From Naegleria gruberi (Eukaryota), in the NCBI GenBank assembly GCA_000004985.1, contig GG739534.1: a DNA stretch of 1,140 nt; one strand, 5' to 3'. The stretch's first letter is position 1. Each line of letters begins with the position of its first letter. A program made the position numbers and the translations under genes. The notes under the pieces were generated by a model. It saw nothing but the letters and a program-made list of their open reading frames with translations. It did no database searches and was not told where the DNA came from. Shown piece after piece: positions 1 through 1,140 of this stretch.

Positions 1-203
1 GACGTATAGACAGCTTGTGGCATCTTCTTTAGTTTTAGCCATCTCCTTTGGATGTCTATCTTGAGGGAAGACAACTGGACAGAATTGATAAGCAATAACG
101 ATTGGTGTTTCATCAGTTCCAGTATTTTCAGCAACGACACTAATTGGTTTAGCTCTATCATTTGGCCACATTGGAGAAAGATAATCTCCTTGGTTCAAAA
201 TCC
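1..203 (-). CDS. Exon 2 of the same hypothetical gene, continuing beyond the window start. It encodes (G)ILNQGDYLSPMWPNDRAKPISVVAENTGTDETPIVIAYQFCPVVFPQDRHPKEMAKTKEDATSCLYV...
   Basis: A minus-strand frame is open from directly after the proposed 3'ss (GG at 203..202 completes a Gly codon) through position 1. That is 67 full codons with no stop and globular-looking composition. The codon bias (AGA, TTG, CCA, GCT) matches the plus gene. The plus-strand ORF 52..243 supplied in the track is the antisense of this region and translates to W/S/I-rich junk. I could not assign the product to a family from memory, so no function is called. Confidence 0.5.
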
Positions 204-266
204 CTTAAAGTTAATCATTGTCTTAATCAGAAAATATCCTTGAAGGTTCTTTTGGTTTAACAATAC
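204..266 (-). other. Putative 63-nt spliceosomal intron, phase 1.
   Basis: Read on the minus strand it is gtattgttaaaccaaaagaaccttcaaggatattttctgattaagacaatgattaactttaag. It begins CAG|GTATTG, a 5'ss-like motif that lacks the usual G at +5. It contains TTCTGAT, a CTRAY-type branch-like motif. It ends TTTAAG|GG, and that AG is the first AG at least 10 nt (about 22 nt) downstream of the branch A. It carries three in-frame TAA codons that would terminate unspliced translation. Removing it joins a 39-codon exon to a frame that is open to the window edge. A 5'-proximal intron is typical of yeast genes. Not verified by any splice predictor or transcript data. Confidence 0.38.
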
Positions 267-384
267 CTGCCATAGATGTTTCTTTTGCAACAAAACCAGT
301 TAATTTTGACAGGGCTCCACCTCCTAATAAAGAAATGGCTTGCTTCTTTGCTTTTAAAGATTCACACTCTACACTCTGAAACAT
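267..384 (-). CDS. Exon 1 of a putative intron-containing gene for a small hypothetical protein. It encodes MFQSVECESLKAKKQAISLLGGGALSKLTGFVAKETSMA plus the first base of a Gly codon.
   Basis: On the minus strand, an ATG at 384..382 is the first in-frame ATG after an in-frame TGA at 396..394. The frame stays open for 39 codons and ends at G(267), immediately followed by GTATTG at 266..261 as a candidate 5' splice site. Amino-acid composition is protein-like. AGA, TTG and GGT codon choice matches the plus-strand gene. Caveat: two out-of-frame upstream ATGs (397, 391) lie just 5' of this start. Confidence 0.42.
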
Positions 385-397
385 TCCACATTTTCAT
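362..397 (-). other. Short upstream ORF (MKMWNVSECRV*) that overlaps the proposed main start codon out of frame.
   Basis: Minus-strand ATGs at 397 and 391 share a frame. That frame runs 12 codons to a TGA at 364..362 and overlaps the proposed main ATG at 384 in the +1 frame. It could be a regulatory uORF, or it could mean the true 5' end of the gene differs from my model. Confidence 0.2.
364..377. repeat. Perfect tandem duplication of a 7-mer, ACACTCT x2, inside exon 1 of the minus gene (it encodes SVECE).
   Basis: Direct reading gives acactct at 364-370 and acactct at 371-377. Confidence 0.6.
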
Positions 398-695
398 TCG
401 AAACTAATTTCTCAACAATTGCTCCAAAATTTATGCAATTAAGGGCTGATAAGAAAAGTTTTGAACTATTTATGAAAGGTTGACGAGAAGATAGGTCCAC
501 TATTTAATCATTCATTTAAGAAATATTTGAATTATCAAAATTATTTTAAAGAATTTTGTCATAATTACATGGATTTCTGTAAATCGTTCATCCGACAACT
601 CATCTAACTTCATTCCTTTCTTATGATTAAAATTAGACGTTGACAATCAAAAAATCAACACCTTTTTTTACAACATCTTTCCAATTCAAAAAAAA
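385..695. promoter_or_regulatory. Shared divergent intergenic and promoter region between the minus-strand gene (start 384) and the plus-strand gene (start 696).
   Basis: It is AT-rich and non-coding in all six frames. It has poly(dA:dT) tracts at 648-655 (A6), 662-669 (T7) and 687-695 (A9), which are typical nucleosome-excluding yeast promoter elements. A TATA-like cATAAATAg lies on the minus strand at about 467-475, roughly 85 nt upstream of the minus-gene ATG. TATTTAAT lies at about 503-510. A repeated TTGAC(G/A) core occurs at 479-484 and 640-645. Confidence 0.4.
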
Positions 696-1140
696 ATGCT
701 CAAAACCAAGCCTTCTTCCTCTTCTTTGGCTTCTAATGTTGGTGGTGGCACCACCGATCTAAATAATAGTAGCACTCTTAGTATGAATAATAGTCATCAA
801 CGGATTAAACCAGTGAAGGCTTTTAATTCAACTTCAACAAAATTCTTCTCTGGCTTGTTGTCTGCCATTCCAAATCCGAAGAATATTACATCAGCTATCG
901 GGAATGAAATTAGAGAAATTACGCCACGTAGAAAGAAGGAGAAGAGAGATGTAAATAATCAAAAGCAGGGAATTTCCTTCTCGGAGTGGCTTAGCTTTAG
1001 GAAACCACCTACTAAAAGTGCAACAACAAGTGCAAAATCAAATGATAATCAAGAATCTGAAATTGCTATTGATACAATCAATTTGAGAGATTTTTTGAAA
1101 CAATTGGATAATTTGGATAAAGATGATTCATTTGAAGAAT
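696..1140 (+). CDS. 5' part of a hypothetical protein gene, 148 codons and open at the window end. It is low-complexity Ser/Asn/Thr-rich with a basic cluster. It encodes MLKTKPSSSSLASNVGGGTTDLNNSSTLSMNNSHQRIKPVKAFNSTSTKFFSGLLSAIPNPKNITSAIGNEIREITPRRKKEKRDVNNQKQGISFSEWLSFRKPPTKSATTSAKSNDNQESEIAIDTINLRDFLKQLDNLDKDDSFEE...
   Basis: ATG at 696 is the first ATG after an in-frame TGA at 624..626. An A9 tract (687..695) gives a yeast-optimal start context (A at -3, A-rich leader). No stop occurs in 148 codons to the window edge. Codon usage is yeast-like (AGA x4, TTG, GGT, CCA, TCT). The ORF is absent from the supplied track, presumably because it has no stop codon inside the window. Function not recognisable from sequence alone. 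Confidence 0.6.
   Translation, partial: MLKTKPSSSSLASNVGGGTTDLNNSSTLSMNNSHQRIKPVKAFNSTSTKFFSGLLSAIPNPKNITSAIGNEIREITPRRKKEKRDVNNQKQGISFSEWLSFRKPPTKSATTSAKSNDNQESEIAIDTINLRDFLKQLDNLDKDDSFEE

Noticed and set aside
1-42. Short minus-strand ORF starting at ATG 42..40 (MAKTKEDATSCLYV...) as an independent gene start.
   Set aside because: It is in frame with, and internal to, the longer open frame coming from 203. It is more simply Met54 of exon 2 than a separate start.
140-215. tRNA-like B-box resemblance, GGTTCAAAATCC at 192-203, versus the GGTTCGANTCC consensus.
   Set aside because: There is one extra base in the loop. The flanks (ctcctt / cttaaa) cannot form a T-stem, and no A-box or acceptor-stem complementarity occurs within 70-80 nt upstream. 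It is a chance match inside coding sequence.
52-243. The supplied plus-strand ORF (63 aa, MSILREDNWTELISNNDWCFISSSIFSNDTNWFSS...).
   Set aside because: The translation is W/S/I/N-rich low complexity and looks like an antisense read-through. It lies exactly opposite a much more protein-like minus-strand frame that is open to the window edge (exon 2) plus the putative intron. It has no plausible start context and no partner features.
204-266. Alternative genetic code (ciliate-style TAA=Gln) giving a continuous ORF through the three TAAs.
   Set aside because: All 8 glutamines in the two genes use CAA or CAG. The plus gene has no in-frame TAA or TAG in 148 codons. The upstream in-frame stops bounding both ORFs are TGA, and composition and motifs fit a yeast. 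The standard code with an intron is far more likely.
223-384. Treating the minus-strand 52-codon ORF (ATG 384 to TAA 225..223) as a complete unspliced small protein.
   Set aside because: It is possible but less parsimonious. Immediately downstream, the same frame, interrupted only by TAA codons confined to a GT..AG-bounded 63-nt segment, stays open for 67 or more further codons with matching codon bias. Spliced transcripts would be needed to decide. It is kept as an alternative in the findings.
479-508. Bacterial sigma70-like promoter look-alikes: TTGACG (479-484) + 17 bp + TTTAAT (502-507), and TTGACA (640-645) + 17 bp + a T-rich stretch.
   Set aside because: The -10 elements are poor (no conserved A at position 2, or a pure T-tract). 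The region is AT-rich, so such matches are expected by chance. No Shine-Dalgarno sequence or prokaryotic gene context exists in the window, which is eukaryotic.
1081-1140. Open minus-strand frames at the right edge, antisense to the plus gene.
   Set aside because: They are short, with junk-like composition (LYPNYPIVSKNLSN). The plus-strand frame has 148 stop-free codons, a start context and consistent codon bias. They are an antisense shadow.

Overview
The window looks like nuclear DNA from an AT-rich budding yeast, possibly a Candida- or Debaryomyces-like species, not prokaryotic sequence. The evidence is yeast-type codon choice (AGA Arg, TTG Leu, GGT Gly, CCA Pro, TCT Ser), no Shine-Dalgarno motifs, an A9 tract directly 5' of an ATG, and a Ser/Asn/Thr-rich low-complexity protein. 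I read the window as a divergently transcribed gene pair sharing a roughly 310 bp AT-rich intergenic promoter (385-695). On the minus strand I propose a two-exon gene. Exon 1 is 384..267, a 63-nt GT..AG intron lies at 266..204, and exon 2 runs 203..1 and off the window edge. It encodes a small protein I cannot assign to a family. The supplied ORF track misses this gene, and its only entry (52..243 +) is most likely the antisense shadow of exon 2 and the intron. On the plus strand, an ORF opens at ATG 696 and is still open at 1140 (148 codons). It encodes a low-complexity S/N/T-rich polypeptide with a basic RRKKEKR cluster and no recognisable family. I find no CRISPR array, mobile element, rRNA, tRNA or defence-system signature. 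The points worth checking are the splice model, an overlapping upstream ORF at the minus-gene start, and promoter motifs. All calls come from reading the sequence by eye; no similarity search or splice predictor was run.
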